Notes under the pieces: generated by a model
Database searches by the model: none
The model's input: the letters and a program-made list of their open reading frames with translations, nothing else
What the model was told of the DNA's origin: nothing
Source: Proteobacteria bacterium DTSAM18
Lineage (GTDB): Bacteria; Myxococcota_A; UBA796; GCA-2862545
Length of the DNA stretch: 64,000 nt
Direction: 5' to 3'
Assembly: GCA_028767165.1 (NCBI GenBank)
Contig: JARACJ010000006.1
Coordinates: 259,580 to 323,579 of the forward strand
Part shown: positions 20,326 through 29,135 of the stretch, piece after piece
Layout of the letters: the number at the start of each line of letters is the position of its first letter
How positions within the stretch are numbered: position 1 is the stretch's first letter
Program-made: the position numbers and the translations under genes

Positions 20326-20901
20326 ATGATCACCGCCCTGCTCCTGGCCACCACGGCCCTCGCCGCTCCCGACGGCTACAAGCCCACCAAGGACTTCGAC
20401 GACTGCCAGCTGTACGCCGGCCCCAAGATGTCCGACGGCGTGCAACCGGTGATGGCCGAGTGCTCCTGGCCCGAGTTCACCGTGGAGCAGGCCGAGAAGC
20501 AGCTCGTCCAGGGCGAGCTGCACGACGACATCTTCCGCAGCGTCACCCGCTCCGACAAGCTCCCGTCCGGCAACTACCGCCAGACCCACCAGGCCTCGGG
20601 CATCTCCGATCGCGAGCTCATCGTCTCCATCACCCGCTCCGACCTTCCGGGCGGCGGCTTCAAGCTGCTCATCAAGGACCAGGACGAGCCCTTCGACCTC
20701 ACCGAGGGCAACGTGAAGACCGCCCGCGACATCACCTGGTGGGAGATCCGCCCCCGCGAAGGCGGCGGCATCGATGTCACCTACTACATGGAGTACGACC
20801 CCGGTGGCCGGGTGCCCGACTTCATCGTCCGGTCGTTCCAGACCGGTGGCGTCCGCGACGTGGTCAACGACCTGAGAGCCTGGCTCAAGCGACACAAGTA
20901 G
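20326..20901 (+). CDS. Secreted START/SRPBCC-like (Bet v1 fold) lipid-binding-domain protein (tentative)
   Basis: Signal peptide '[15 protein letters not shown]'. Size (~190 aa) and pattern fit the START/SRPBCC superfamily. Identified by resemblance only. Confidence 0.4.
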   Translation: MITALLLATTALAAPDGYKPTKDFDDCQLYAGPKMSDGVQPVMAECSWPEFTVEQAEKQLVQGELHDDIFRSVTRSDKLPSGNYRQTHQASGISDRELIVSITRSDLPGGGFKLLIKDQDEPFDLTEGNVKTARDITWWEIRPREGGGIDVTYYMEYDPGGRVPDFIVRSFQTGGVRDVVNDLRAWLKRHK

Positions 20902-20977
20902 GCGTACCGAAAACGTCGAGGAAATCTCGACATCGAAGCACGACCGCGGTACCACGGGGCCCCACGAGGAGGTCCCC

Positions 20978-22873
20978 ATGTACCGCTCCATCCTGATCAT
21001 TGCGGCACTCGCCGGCGCCTGCACCCCGCCCGACGACGTCAGCACCCTGCGTCCGTCCCTCACCATGATCCGCACCGAGGAGGTCGTGGTCGAGGACCCA
21101 CCGGTGGTGCCCCTCGATCGCTTCGTGCCCGGCTTCGTCACCGCCCCGGAGGAGGTCGTGTACGAGGGAGAGGACGCCCCCGTGGTGGCACCTCCGCCCG
21201 GCCAGCTCACCGATCTCGGCGCCATGTCCGACATGGACGATCCGGCCCCCCTCGACGAGCACGTCCCCGGCAGCACCTACGAGTGGGGCACCCAGGCGGG
21301 CAACCTGTGGGACCTGAGGTCCGACGAGGGCCAGCTGGAGTACGACGACGTCGAGCAGGGCGCCATCGGCGACTGCTACATGGTCTCCGCCCTGTCGGCC
21401 GTCCTGTGGGCCGACAACGACTTCCTCGTGCGCGACGGTCTCATCCGCGAGATCACCCACGCCGACGGCACCGTGTCCCACTACGCCGTGCGCCTGTACG
21501 ATGCCTGGGGCGACCCCCAGGACGTGCTCGTCGACGCCCAGATGATGCGCAAGTACGGCCGGCCGCTGTACGCCCGCTCCATGGACTCGGACAAGGGCGC
21601 CGAGGAGTGGGGCATCAGCCTCGTCGAGAAGGCCTACGCCAAGTGGCACGGCTCCTACCAGGACATCGGCGACGGCGGCTGGGCCGGCGACGTGATGCAG
21701 GCGCTCACCGGCTCCACCGCCGTCTACAAGTCCATCCGCAACTTCTACTCCGACAGCTCCATGCTCAAGGCCATGCGCGATGCCGTGGCCGACGACCGAC
21801 CGGTCGTGGCGGGCACCTGGGGCAAGGACGACGGCGTGGACTACACCGGCACCGGCGTGTACGCCTGGCACGCCTACACCGTGCTCGACGCCGATCCCGA
21901 CGAAGGCACCGTCACCCTGCGCAACCCCTGGGGCAGCTCCGAACCGCCGGGCAACGGCGAGGACGACGGCATCTTCACCCTCGACGTCGAGACCTTCAAG
22001 AAGCTGTACCAGGGCATCACCCTCGGCGGCGGCTTCTCCAGCGACTTCACCGCACCGAGCGAGGTCGACGACCTCGAGGTGGTCTCCCAGGCCGATGGCA
22101 CCGTCACCCTGCGCTTCACCGCCACCGGCGACGACCGCACCAAGGGCATGGCCGCGGCCTACGACATCCGCTGGTCCACCTCCGAGCTCACCGCCGCCAC
22201 CTTCTACGACGGCGCGAAGGTCGATCCCGCCCCCTCCCCCCAGTCCCCCGGCACCGTCGAGGAGGTGTCCTTCTCCACCGAGGCCGCCCCGGGCACCACC
22301 CTGTGGGCCGCCGTCCGCGTGGAGGACGAGGCCGGCAACATCAGCCCCGTCTCCAACATCCTGCAGCTCACCCTCGACGGCGGTGCCACCGAGATCACCG
22401 CCTACCCGCCCCAGGTCTTCGACTTCGAGGCCGGCCGCGACCTGTGGGCCACCGAGGGCCTGTTCCACTTCTCCACCGGCTTCCCCGCCGGCGGCGACTG
22501 GCATGCGTGGATGGGCGACGAGAGCGAGCTGTCCCACGACGCCAGCGGCACCAGCATGCTGATCTCGCCCCCCATCGACCTGCGCGAGGCATCGTCCGCC
22601 ACCCTGGTGTTCGACCACTACGTCGACCTCGACGTGTGGGACGCGGCCCCCGAGGTGCAGGTCCGCCGCTGGACCGGTAGCGACTGGTCGGCCGACGGCA
22701 TCGACCAGGTGCTGTCCAGCAGCGAGATGAGCGACTACACCTCCGAGGAGATCGTTCTCGACGCCCTCGCCGGCGAGATCATCGAGATCCGCTTCGTGTT
22801 CGAGCACGAGAGCGGCCGCGGCGAGGGCCACTTCGGCTGGCTCATCGACGAGGTGGGCGTCCTCGCGGACTGA
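20978..22873 (+). CDS. Calpain-like cysteine protease (peptidase C2 core) lipoprotein with C-terminal beta-sandwich domains
   Basis: Lipobox 'LAGAC'. Calpain catalytic triad motifs 'QGAIGDCYMVSALSAV' (Cys), 'WHAYTVLD' (His) and 'LRNPWGSSE' (Asn). C-terminal FN3-like and unknown domains. Confidence 0.75.
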   Translation: MYRSILIIAALAGACTPPDDVSTLRPSLTMIRTEEVVVEDPPVVPLDRFVPGFVTAPEEVVYEGEDAPVVAPPPGQLTDLGAMSDMDDPAPLDEHVPGSTYEWGTQAGNLWDLRSDEGQLEYDDVEQGAIGDCYMVSALSAVLWADNDFLVRDGLIREITHADGTVSHYAVRLYDAWGDPQDVLVDAQMMRKYGRPLYARSMDSDKGAEEWGISLVEKAYAKWHGSYQDIGDGGWAGDVMQALTGSTAVYKSIRNFYSDSSMLKAMRDAVADDRPVVAGTWGKDDGVDYTGTGVYAWHAYTVLDADPDEGTVTLRNPWGSSEPPGNGEDDGIFTLDVETFKKLYQGITLGGGFSSDFTAPSEVDDLEVVSQADGTVTLRFTATGDDRTKGMAAAYDIRWSTSELTAATFYDGAKVDPAPSPQSPGTVEEVSFSTEAAPGTTLWAAVRVEDEAGNISPVSNILQLTLDGGATEITAYPPQVFDFEAGRDLWATEGLFHFSTGFPAGGDWHAWMGDESELSHDASGTSMLISPPIDLREASSATLVFDHYVDLDVWDAAPEVQVRRWTGSDWSADGIDQVLSSSEMSDYTSEEIVLDALAGEIIEIRFVFEHESGRGEGHFGWLIDEVGVLAD

Positions 22874-22935
22874 GGTCTCCCCACCACTCGAACCCACATC
22901 CCGCATGGCCGACGAGACGGGCCTCAGGAGTCCCC

Positions 22936-23364
22936 ATGAAGCCCGTCCTCGCCGCCCTCGCCCTGTCGCTGCTCGCCCCCCTCGCCCACGCGGGCGAGGT
23001 CCGGGTGGTGGTGAAGAACGTCGAATCGAACAGCGGCTACGTGATGATCGCCCTGTTCAACGACGCCGACAAGTTCCCCACGGACGCCTCCGGCGCGCCC
23101 CACAAGGCCAAGGTCGACGCCCGCAGCCCGACCACCACCCACACCTTCCCGGACGTGGCCCCGGGCACCTGGGCCCTGTCGGTGTTCCACGACGTCGACG
23201 GTGACGGCGAGCTGGACGTGCGCTCGGTGATCCCCATCCCCAAGGAGCCCATGGGGGCGTCCAACAACGCCAAGGGCCGCATGGGCCCCCCGAAGTTCGA
23301 GGACGCCGCCTTCAAGGTGGGAAGCGGCGCGACGGAGCAGGTGGTGGTGCTCAGCGAGCTGTAG
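22936..23364 (+). CDS. DUF2141-family secreted protein
   Basis: Signal peptide plus the 'VKNV.S..G.VMIALFND...FP' pattern typical of DUF2141. Confidence 0.6.
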   Translation: MKPVLAALALSLLAPLAHAGEVRVVVKNVESNSGYVMIALFNDADKFPTDASGAPHKAKVDARSPTTTHTFPDVAPGTWALSVFHDVDGDGELDVRSVIPIPKEPMGASNNAKGRMGPPKFEDAAFKVGSGATEQVVVLSEL

Positions 23365-24705
23365 TCAGTCCTGCAGCACGGTCAGCTCGAAGCTGTTGTC
23401 GTCTTCCCACAGCTCGTCCACATCCCCACAGGTGTCGACCAGCACCCAGGTGTTCCAGGAGCCGAACTCGCTCGGCCCATCGTCGATCTCGACCTCCCAG
23501 ACGTACTCGTCGCCGGCGTCCAGGCTCGCCACCCACACCCACTCGTCCGAGTCCGCATCCGTGAAGCAGTCGACGGGTTCGGTGGCCCGGTCGAACCAGA
23601 TGTCGATCCAGAAGCCCGGCGCCTCCACGTCGCCCCAGTTGCTCACCGTGACCTCGTACACGGTGGTCTCGCCGTCCGAGGTGACGTCGACCCAGTCGAT
23701 GAACAGATCGGGCATCAGGCCCGAGACCTCGAAGGTGTCGTCGTACTCGTTGTTGGCGTCGTCGGATTCCTCGATGACCTCGAGGGCATCCAGCTTGAGC
23801 GCGAACGGGTGCTCGCCCTCCTGCAGGTCCTCCACGACGAACAACGCGAAGTCGACATCCCCGGGCGCAAGGGCCAGCAGGGCAGCGTAGTCGTCGCCCA
23901 CGGTGCCGAGCGGCCAGCTGGGATCGAGGTACAGGTCGACCCAGGAGGCATCCGCCGGGCACAGGGCGTCGCCGGCGTTGCGCACCTCGACCCAGATCCA
24001 CGCCTCGCTGCCGTACACGTCGACCTCGACCAGATCGAACACCAGGTCGCACAGGCCCACCTCGGCATCCTCGGGCAGCACCGTGACGGTGGAGATGGCC
24101 GTCATGCCGCCGCAGCTCGCCTGCACGGTGGCCTCGCCTTCGCCCTCGGCCATCACCTGGCCCGTCTCATCGACGGTGAGCACGGAGCTGTCGCTGGTGG
24201 AGAACGTGCAGCCGCTGACGCCGCCACTGCTGCCGTCGCTGTAGGTGCCGGACGGGGTGAGCTGGGTGGACACGCCGACGGGGACCTCGAAGGCGCTGGG
24301 GAGCAGGGAGAGTTCCGAGAGCCGGGCGCTGGCGTCGAGGACGTTCACCGAGACCTTGGCGGAGAAGCCTGATGGCTCGGTGGCCACGACGTCTGCGGTG
24401 CCGACCTGCAGCGCCTTCACCATGCCATCGGCCCCCACCGAGGCCACGCGCTCATCGGTACTCACCCAGGTGATGCCCTCGGAGAGCACCTCGGAGGTGT
24501 CGGAGTCGTAGTAGGCCTTCACGATGAGGCCCACCTCGTCGCCCGCCGCAAGCGTGGGATCGTTCGGGCGGATGGCGATGCCGAGCAGGTTTCCGTGTTC
24601 GACCTCCTGGCCGTTCGGATCGCCGGGTACCGGGTTGTCGACCCCGGGGCCGCCATCGATCTGGCAGCCCACGAGCAGACACATGGCAAGCGTTCGGTAC
24701 GTCAT
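23365..24705 (-). CDS. Lipoprotein with two Big_2 (bacterial Ig-like) domains and a C-terminal CARDB-like domain
   Basis: Lipobox 'LLVGC'. Big_2 signatures such as 'KAYYDSDTSEVLSEGITWVSTDERVASVGADGMVKALQVGTADVVAT'. Start at 24705 (AAGGGGA RBS). Confidence 0.6.
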   Translation of the reverse strand: MTYRTLAMCLLVGCQIDGGPGVDNPVPGDPNGQEVEHGNLLGIAIRPNDPTLAAGDEVGLIVKAYYDSDTSEVLSEGITWVSTDERVASVGADGMVKALQVGTADVVATEPSGFSAKVSVNVLDASARLSELSLLPSAFEVPVGVSTQLTPSGTYSDGSSGGVSGCTFSTSDSSVLTVDETGQVMAEGEGEATVQASCGGMTAISTVTVLPEDAEVGLCDLVFDLVEVDVYGSEAWIWVEVRNAGDALCPADASWVDLYLDPSWPLGTVGDDYAALLALAPGDVDFALFVVEDLQEGEHPFALKLDALEVIEESDDANNEYDDTFEVSGLMPDLFIDWVDVTSDGETTVYEVTVSNWGDVEAPGFWIDIWFDRATEPVDCFTDADSDEWVWVASLDAGDEYVWEVEIDDGPSEFGSWNTWVLVDTCGDVDELWEDDNSFELTVLQD

Positions 24706-24866
24706 TTGTTCCCCTTCGCGCGAGACTTGCACACTACACCAGGAGGAACGTCACGAGAACACACCCGCCGAGAACACCGCTTCCGGTGGATTGTTGAACA
24801 GGGTGGACAAAACCACTTGTGGTACCCCGCTTCTTGCCTTACACGGGCGCCGCAGACGAGGTCCCC

Positions 24867-25628
24867 ATGCGCGCATTCTCCACACTCCTTCTTCCACTCC
24901 TGCTCACGGCCTGCGACTTCAATGGCCAGGTCGAGCCCGACGAGGACGACGTCGAGGATCCGATCGTCGAAGACACCGGTCCCGACGACACCGATCCCGT
25001 GATCGTCCCCCAGGACACCGGCCTCGTCGCCGGCACTGGGGATGCCTCGGGTGCCTCCCTCGGGGGCACGGGCGGCGGCACCGGCGGCTGGCTCGGAGGG
25101 CTGTTCGGCACCGGTGGGTCCGGTGGCCTCGGCGGCGGCACGGGCCTGTTCGGCGGCGGGTCCGGTGGCTTCGGCGGCGGCTCCGGCGGCTTCGGCGGCG
25201 GCTCCGGCGGCTTCGGCGGCGGCTCCGGCGGCTTCGGTGGCGGCTCCGGCGGCTTCGGTGGCGGCTCCGGCGGCTTCGGTGGCGGCTCTGGCGGCTTCGG
25301 CGGCGGCTCCGGCATCATCGGTGGCACCGGCGGCTTCCCCCTTCCCACCGGTCTTGGTGGCACCGGCGGCTTCACGCTCCCCACGGGTCTCGGCGGCTCC
25401 GGTGGCTTCGGCGGCGGCTCCGGTGGGTTCGGCGGCGGTTCCGGTGGCTTCGGAGGCGGCTCCGGTGGCTTCGGCGTCGCCACGGGCGGCACTGGCTGGG
25501 GCGGCGTCACGCCCACCGGCGACACCGCGTTCCCCTTCCCTGGCGGCACCGACTCCGGTCAGGGAGACTCCGACACCGATCCCGAGACGGGCTCGAGCGA
25601 CACCAGCACGTGGGTGCCTACGCCCTAG
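24867..25628 (+). CDS. Glycine-rich repeat lipoprotein with about 20 tandem 'GGGSGGF' heptads
   Basis: Lipobox 'LLLTAC', acidic Asp/Glu N-region, then a long (GGGSGGF)n tract. The underlying DNA is a 21-bp tandem repeat at ~25130-25300. Confidence 0.55.
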   Translation: MRAFSTLLLPLLLTACDFNGQVEPDEDDVEDPIVEDTGPDDTDPVIVPQDTGLVAGTGDASGASLGGTGGGTGGWLGGLFGTGGSGGLGGGTGLFGGGSGGFGGGSGGFGGGSGGFGGGSGGFGGGSGGFGGGSGGFGGGSGGFGGGSGIIGGTGGFPLPTGLGGTGGFTLPTGLGGSGGFGGGSGGFGGGSGGFGGGSGGFGVATGGTGWGGVTPTGDTAFPFPGGTDSGQGDSDTDPETGSSDTSTWVPTP

Positions 25629-26233
25629 GCCTCCACCCTCACCAGCGTGAACCAGTTCATCATCGGGGTCTCCTCCTTGTAGGCCTCGCCGATGAGCACG
25701 TGATCGCTGAGCTTGCGGAGGAAGTCCCGGGTGTGGTGGTACACGAAGCGCTGCAGGCCCTGGTGGTTCTGCTTCACCTCCGGCCAGCCCTCCACCGGCC
25801 TCGCCTCGGGCACCTCGAAGTAGTCCACCACCACCTGGCCCCGGTCGAGCCACCGGGGACGGTCGTGGGTGTTCTTCACCAGGAAGTAGCCGGGCCCCAC
25901 GAGCGGCCGGGTGATGCCTTCGTTGTAGCCGCTGATCTGATCGCCCACCCGGGCGAACCGCTTCTGGAAGCTGCGGAACACCGGCAGCGTGTTGGTGCCC
26001 TCGAACACGACCTCGCAGCGGTCGGGCACGTCGGGTGGCACGAGATCCTGCAGGGAGACGGTCGAGTCCTCGGCCAGGCCGAACAACCGACGCTGATCGG
26101 CCTTGCTCGTGCCGGCCATCGCCGCCACGCGCTCTTCGTGGGAGGCATCATCGAGCCAGTCCGACACCATCTCGAGGGTCAGGTCCGGTCTGGCCAGCAG
26201 CTCGGTGAATCCGGTTCGCGTCTTCCGTGCCAT
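25625..26233 (-). CDS. Hypothetical cytoplasmic protein of 202 aa. Forms an operon with the downstream HAD hydrolase.
   Basis: Strong AGGAGGT RBS before the ATG at 26233. The 434-aa ORF-track call 25625..26929 is an artefactual fusion. No recognised domain. Confidence 0.5.
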   Translation of the reverse strand: MARKTRTGFTELLARPDLTLEMVSDWLDDASHEERVAAMAGTSKADQRRLFGLAEDSTVSLQDLVPPDVPDRCEVVFEGTNTLPVFRSFQKRFARVGDQISGYNEGITRPLVGPGYFLVKNTHDRPRWLDRGQVVVDYFEVPEARPVEGWPEVKQNHQGLQRFVYHHTRDFLRKLSDHVLIGEAYKEETPMMNWFTLVRVEA

Positions 26234-26241
26234 GTGACCTC

Positions 26242-26892
26242 CTACAGCAGCGACGACAGCTCCCGCACCGAGGCCAGGACCACCGAGGCACCCGCCTCGC
26301 GCAGCGCGGCCTCGTCGGTCCGCCCCGTAGTGACCCCAACGGCCCGCGCGCCCGCGTCTACAGCCATCTGCATGTCCCACCGGGAATCCCCCACATACCA
26401 GACGTCCCCGGCGCCCACCTGCAGCGAGGCGCACATCTGCAGCATGCCGCCGGTGTCCGGCTTGGGCGCGGGGAGCTCCTCGGCGCACAGGATGGGGCCG
26501 AGGCGATCCGTCCACCCCAGGTGGGCACACAGGGGGTCCATGGTCTTGCGCTCCCGCTGGGTGATCACACCCGTCGCGATGCCCACGGCGCGCAGCGACT
26601 CCGCGAGCTCGGCGGCATCGACGAGCGGGACCACGTTCTTCAGGCCCTCGGTGAGGAAGTGCTGACGGTAGGCCTGCGCGATGGCCTCGTGGTCGACGCT
26701 CTTGTGGGTGGGCGGCACGGCACGCTTGACGATGGTGAGCAGCGGCAGGCCGACCCAGCGGGCGAGGTCGTCGGGCTCCACCCTGGGAAGTCCCGCGTCC
26801 ACGAGGGCCTGCTGGAAGCTGTGGACCACGGCAGGCAGGGAGTCCACGAGCGTGCCGTCGGCGTCGAACAGGATGGCTGCGGGTCGGGTCAT
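26242..26892 (-). CDS. HAD-superfamily hydrolase (phosphoglycolate phosphatase-like)
   Basis: HAD motif I 'ILFDADGTLVDS', motif III K and motif IV 'YVGDSRWDMQMAVDAGA'. Confidence 0.7.
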   Translation of the reverse strand: MTRPAAILFDADGTLVDSLPAVVHSFQQALVDAGLPRVEPDDLARWVGLPLLTIVKRAVPPTHKSVDHEAIAQAYRQHFLTEGLKNVVPLVDAAELAESLRAVGIATGVITQRERKTMDPLCAHLGWTDRLGPILCAEELPAPKPDTGGMLQMCASLQVGAGDVWYVGDSRWDMQMAVDAGARAVGVTTGRTDEAALREAGASVVLASVRELSSLL

Positions 26893-26958
26893 GAGGTCGT
26901 CCTTCGGCGGGGGGCTGGCATCGGGCCACCGGGGTACAGTGGCCGCAACGGAGGTCTC

Positions 26959-27423
26959 ATGAAGCTCGTACCCCTTCTCCTTCTGCTCGGCTGCCAGGGC
27001 GGCACGCCTTCCCCCACCGAGCAGGCACCCGGTGCCGCCGCGGAGCTCGGCTGGCTGGTGGGCCACTGGCAGGTGACCGACGGCGGTACCGTCACCGAGG
27101 AGCGGTGGGTACCCGATGCCAAGGGCGACCTCCTCGGACAGGGCCGGGTCCTGATCGGTCGAGTGCCCGGTTTCTCGGAGACGCTGGCCATTCAACAGAC
27201 CCGTGACGGACTGGTCTACGTGGCCTGGCCAGGAGGTCAGGATCCATCGCAATTCTCGGTCTCCGAGAGCAGTCAAGGCGGTATTACATTTTCTCGACAG
27301 GTCGAGAATTTTCCATCGGAGATCACCTATACTCGTGAAGGCGACAAATTGTCGGTCAGCGCGACAGGCCTGAAGGAGGGCCAGCCACACTCCGAGCGGT
27401 GGGAACTCACCCTGGTTCCCTGA
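26959..27423 (+). CDS. Small hypothetical lipoprotein
   Basis: Lipobox 'LLLGC' and a GGAGG RBS. The 3' half has strikingly low GC. Confidence 0.5.
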   Translation: MKLVPLLLLLGCQGGTPSPTEQAPGAAAELGWLVGHWQVTDGGTVTEERWVPDAKGDLLGQGRVLIGRVPGFSETLAIQQTRDGLVYVAWPGGQDPSQFSVSESSQGGITFSRQVENFPSEITYTREGDKLSVSATGLKEGQPHSERWELTLVP

Positions 27424-27499
27424 GGTACCGAACGGAAACTTGTCCTCCAGTTCGTCTTCATGCTGCCGATGATCCCCCGGGTCGCTACGGGAGGGAATC

Positions 27500-27946
27500 A
27501 TGGGATGGATGGGGATGTGGATGGCGCGAAACGTCGTCAACGCCACGGGAAGACACAACAGCGGGCCGCCGTCGGTCACCGAGCTCAGCGAGGGCGACCA
27601 ACGGCAGCTGCAGGATCTGATCGACACACAGCTCGCCGCGCTGCGAGCCCACGATGCGGAGTCCGCCTGGGAGGGCGGCACCCGCGCGTTCAAGACACAC
27701 ACGGGCAGCCCCAAGCGCTACTACGATCTCCTCAGCGCAGGCTACCGGCCCGTCCTCGAGGCCGAGCGCGTCCAGCAGGGGCCCTACCTGCTCACCGCCC
27801 ATGGGCTGGCCCAGGAGCTCACCCTGTGCAGCGAGGCCCACGGCCGCCGGGCCGCCCTGTTCCTCGTCCGGCGCTCGCTCGACGGCGCCTGGCGACACAA
27901 CGGCTTCCTGATGCTCGATCACGCGGTCGATCACGCCGAGGCCTGA
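27500..27946 (+). CDS. Hypothetical protein. Start uncertain.
   Basis: ORF with fair codon periodicity and no recognisable domain. Confidence 0.3.
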   Translation: MGWMGMWMARNVVNATGRHNSGPPSVTELSEGDQRQLQDLIDTQLAALRAHDAESAWEGGTRAFKTHTGSPKRYYDLLSAGYRPVLEAERVQQGPYLLTAHGLAQELTLCSEAHGRRAALFLVRRSLDGAWRHNGFLMLDHAVDHAEA

Positions 27947-28064
27947 TTCACGCAGGCCCTCTCACGCGGTACCCTGGGACGCCCCCGACCGGTCGGGGGT
28001 ACCCGGCCCCTTCCCGTCGCCGACGAGCCGACGGAACCTGAGGCCACACCACCTGGGAGAGCGG

Positions 28065-29135
28065 ATGACCGAGCGGAGCGCGCTGTACTGGAAGGGACTC
28101 ACCTTCACCTGCCTGGCCTACCTCACGGCCTGGGCGGCAGCCTCCACCGCAGGCTGGCTCCTGCCCATCGAGAGCCCCTTCTGGCTCGCCCTGGCGGCCG
28201 ACCTCGTCGCCACGGTGGTGGTGTTCGGGTTCTCGGTCGCGGTGCGCAACAGCTCCATGTACGACGCCTACTGGAGCGTCGTCCCCCCCGTGATCGCCGT
28301 CTACTGGGCCCTGAGCCTGGCCGGCGACACCCACCCCGTCCGCGCCGTCATGGTCTGCGGCGTCATCCTGGTGTGGGCGGTACGGCTCACCTGGAACTGG
28401 GCGAGCGGGTGGCCGGGGCTGCACCACGAAGACTGGCGCTACACCCGCCTCAAGCAGCAGACGGGCGCCCTGTACCCGCTGGTCAACTTCGCGGGCATCC
28501 ACCTGTTCCCCACCCTCATCGTGTTCCTGTGCCTGTGGCCCGCGTGGGAGGCCCTCGATGCGCGCAGCTCCCTGGGCCTGCTCGACTTCGTCGCCCTCGG
28601 CACCGGCCTGTTCGCGGTGTGGCTCGAGGGCACGGCCGATCGTCAGGCCCGCGCCTGGCGCGCCACCAACCCGCCGGCCGGGGCCGTCAACGACATGGGC
28701 CTGTGGCGCCTGTCCCGGCATCCCAACTACCTCGGTGAGATCCTGTTCTGGACCAGCCTGTGGCTCTTCGCCCTCGCCGCCTCCCCCCAGAACCTGTTCA
28801 CCGTCGTCGGCCCCCTGGCCATGGCCGCCATGTTCCGCTTCATCACCATCCCGATGATGGAGCAGCGGCAGCTCGCCCGACGACCGGCCTACGTGGACTA
28901 CATGCGCCGCACCTCCATGCTGCTGCTGTGGCCCTCCCGGGGGCGCCGCCCCTCCACCGACGACGACGAGCCCTCTCCCGGGCCCGCACAAGCCCCCGCT
29001 GGCGACGTCACGCCTCCGGCCACGCCCGCCGAGGCAGGCCCGAACTTCCCCGCCGAGCTGCGCGACGACCTGCCGGAGGCGCTGGTCCAGGACGTCGACG
29101 AGGCGCTCGACGCGTCCGACGACGACGACCGCTGA
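28065..29135 (+). CDS. DUF1295 / steroid-5-alpha-reductase (ICMT-like) family membrane protein with an acidic, Pro-rich C-terminal tail
   Basis: 'SMYDAYWS', 'GLWRLSRHPNYLGEILFW' signatures and multiple TM helices. Confidence 0.65.
   Translation: MTERSALYWKGLTFTCLAYLTAWAAASTAGWLLPIESPFWLALAADLVATVVVFGFSVAVRNSSMYDAYWSVVPPVIAVYWALSLAGDTHPVRAVMVCGVILVWAVRLTWNWASGWPGLHHEDWRYTRLKQQTGALYPLVNFAGIHLFPTLIVFLCLWPAWEALDARSSLGLLDFVALGTGLFAVWLEGTADRQARAWRATNPPAGAVNDMGLWRLSRHPNYLGEILFWTSLWLFALAASPQNLFTVVGPLAMAAMFRFITIPMMEQRQLARRPAYVDYMRRTSMLLLWPSRGRRPSTDDDEPSPGPAQAPAGDVTPPATPAEAGPNFPAELRDDLPEALVQDVDEALDASDDDDR

Noticed and set aside
25130-25300. A CRISPR array was considered because of the regular short DNA repeats
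   Set aside because: The 21-bp units are contiguous with no spacers, in frame, and encode a Gly-rich protein. No cas genes were found.
25625-26929. 434-aa ORF-track call on the minus strand
   Set aside because: It is a fusion of two real genes, a 202-aa hypothetical with a strong AGGAGGT RBS and a HAD hydrolase. Its upstream portion, between the HAD start at 26892 and the ORF-track start at 26929, is an untranslated N-terminal extension.
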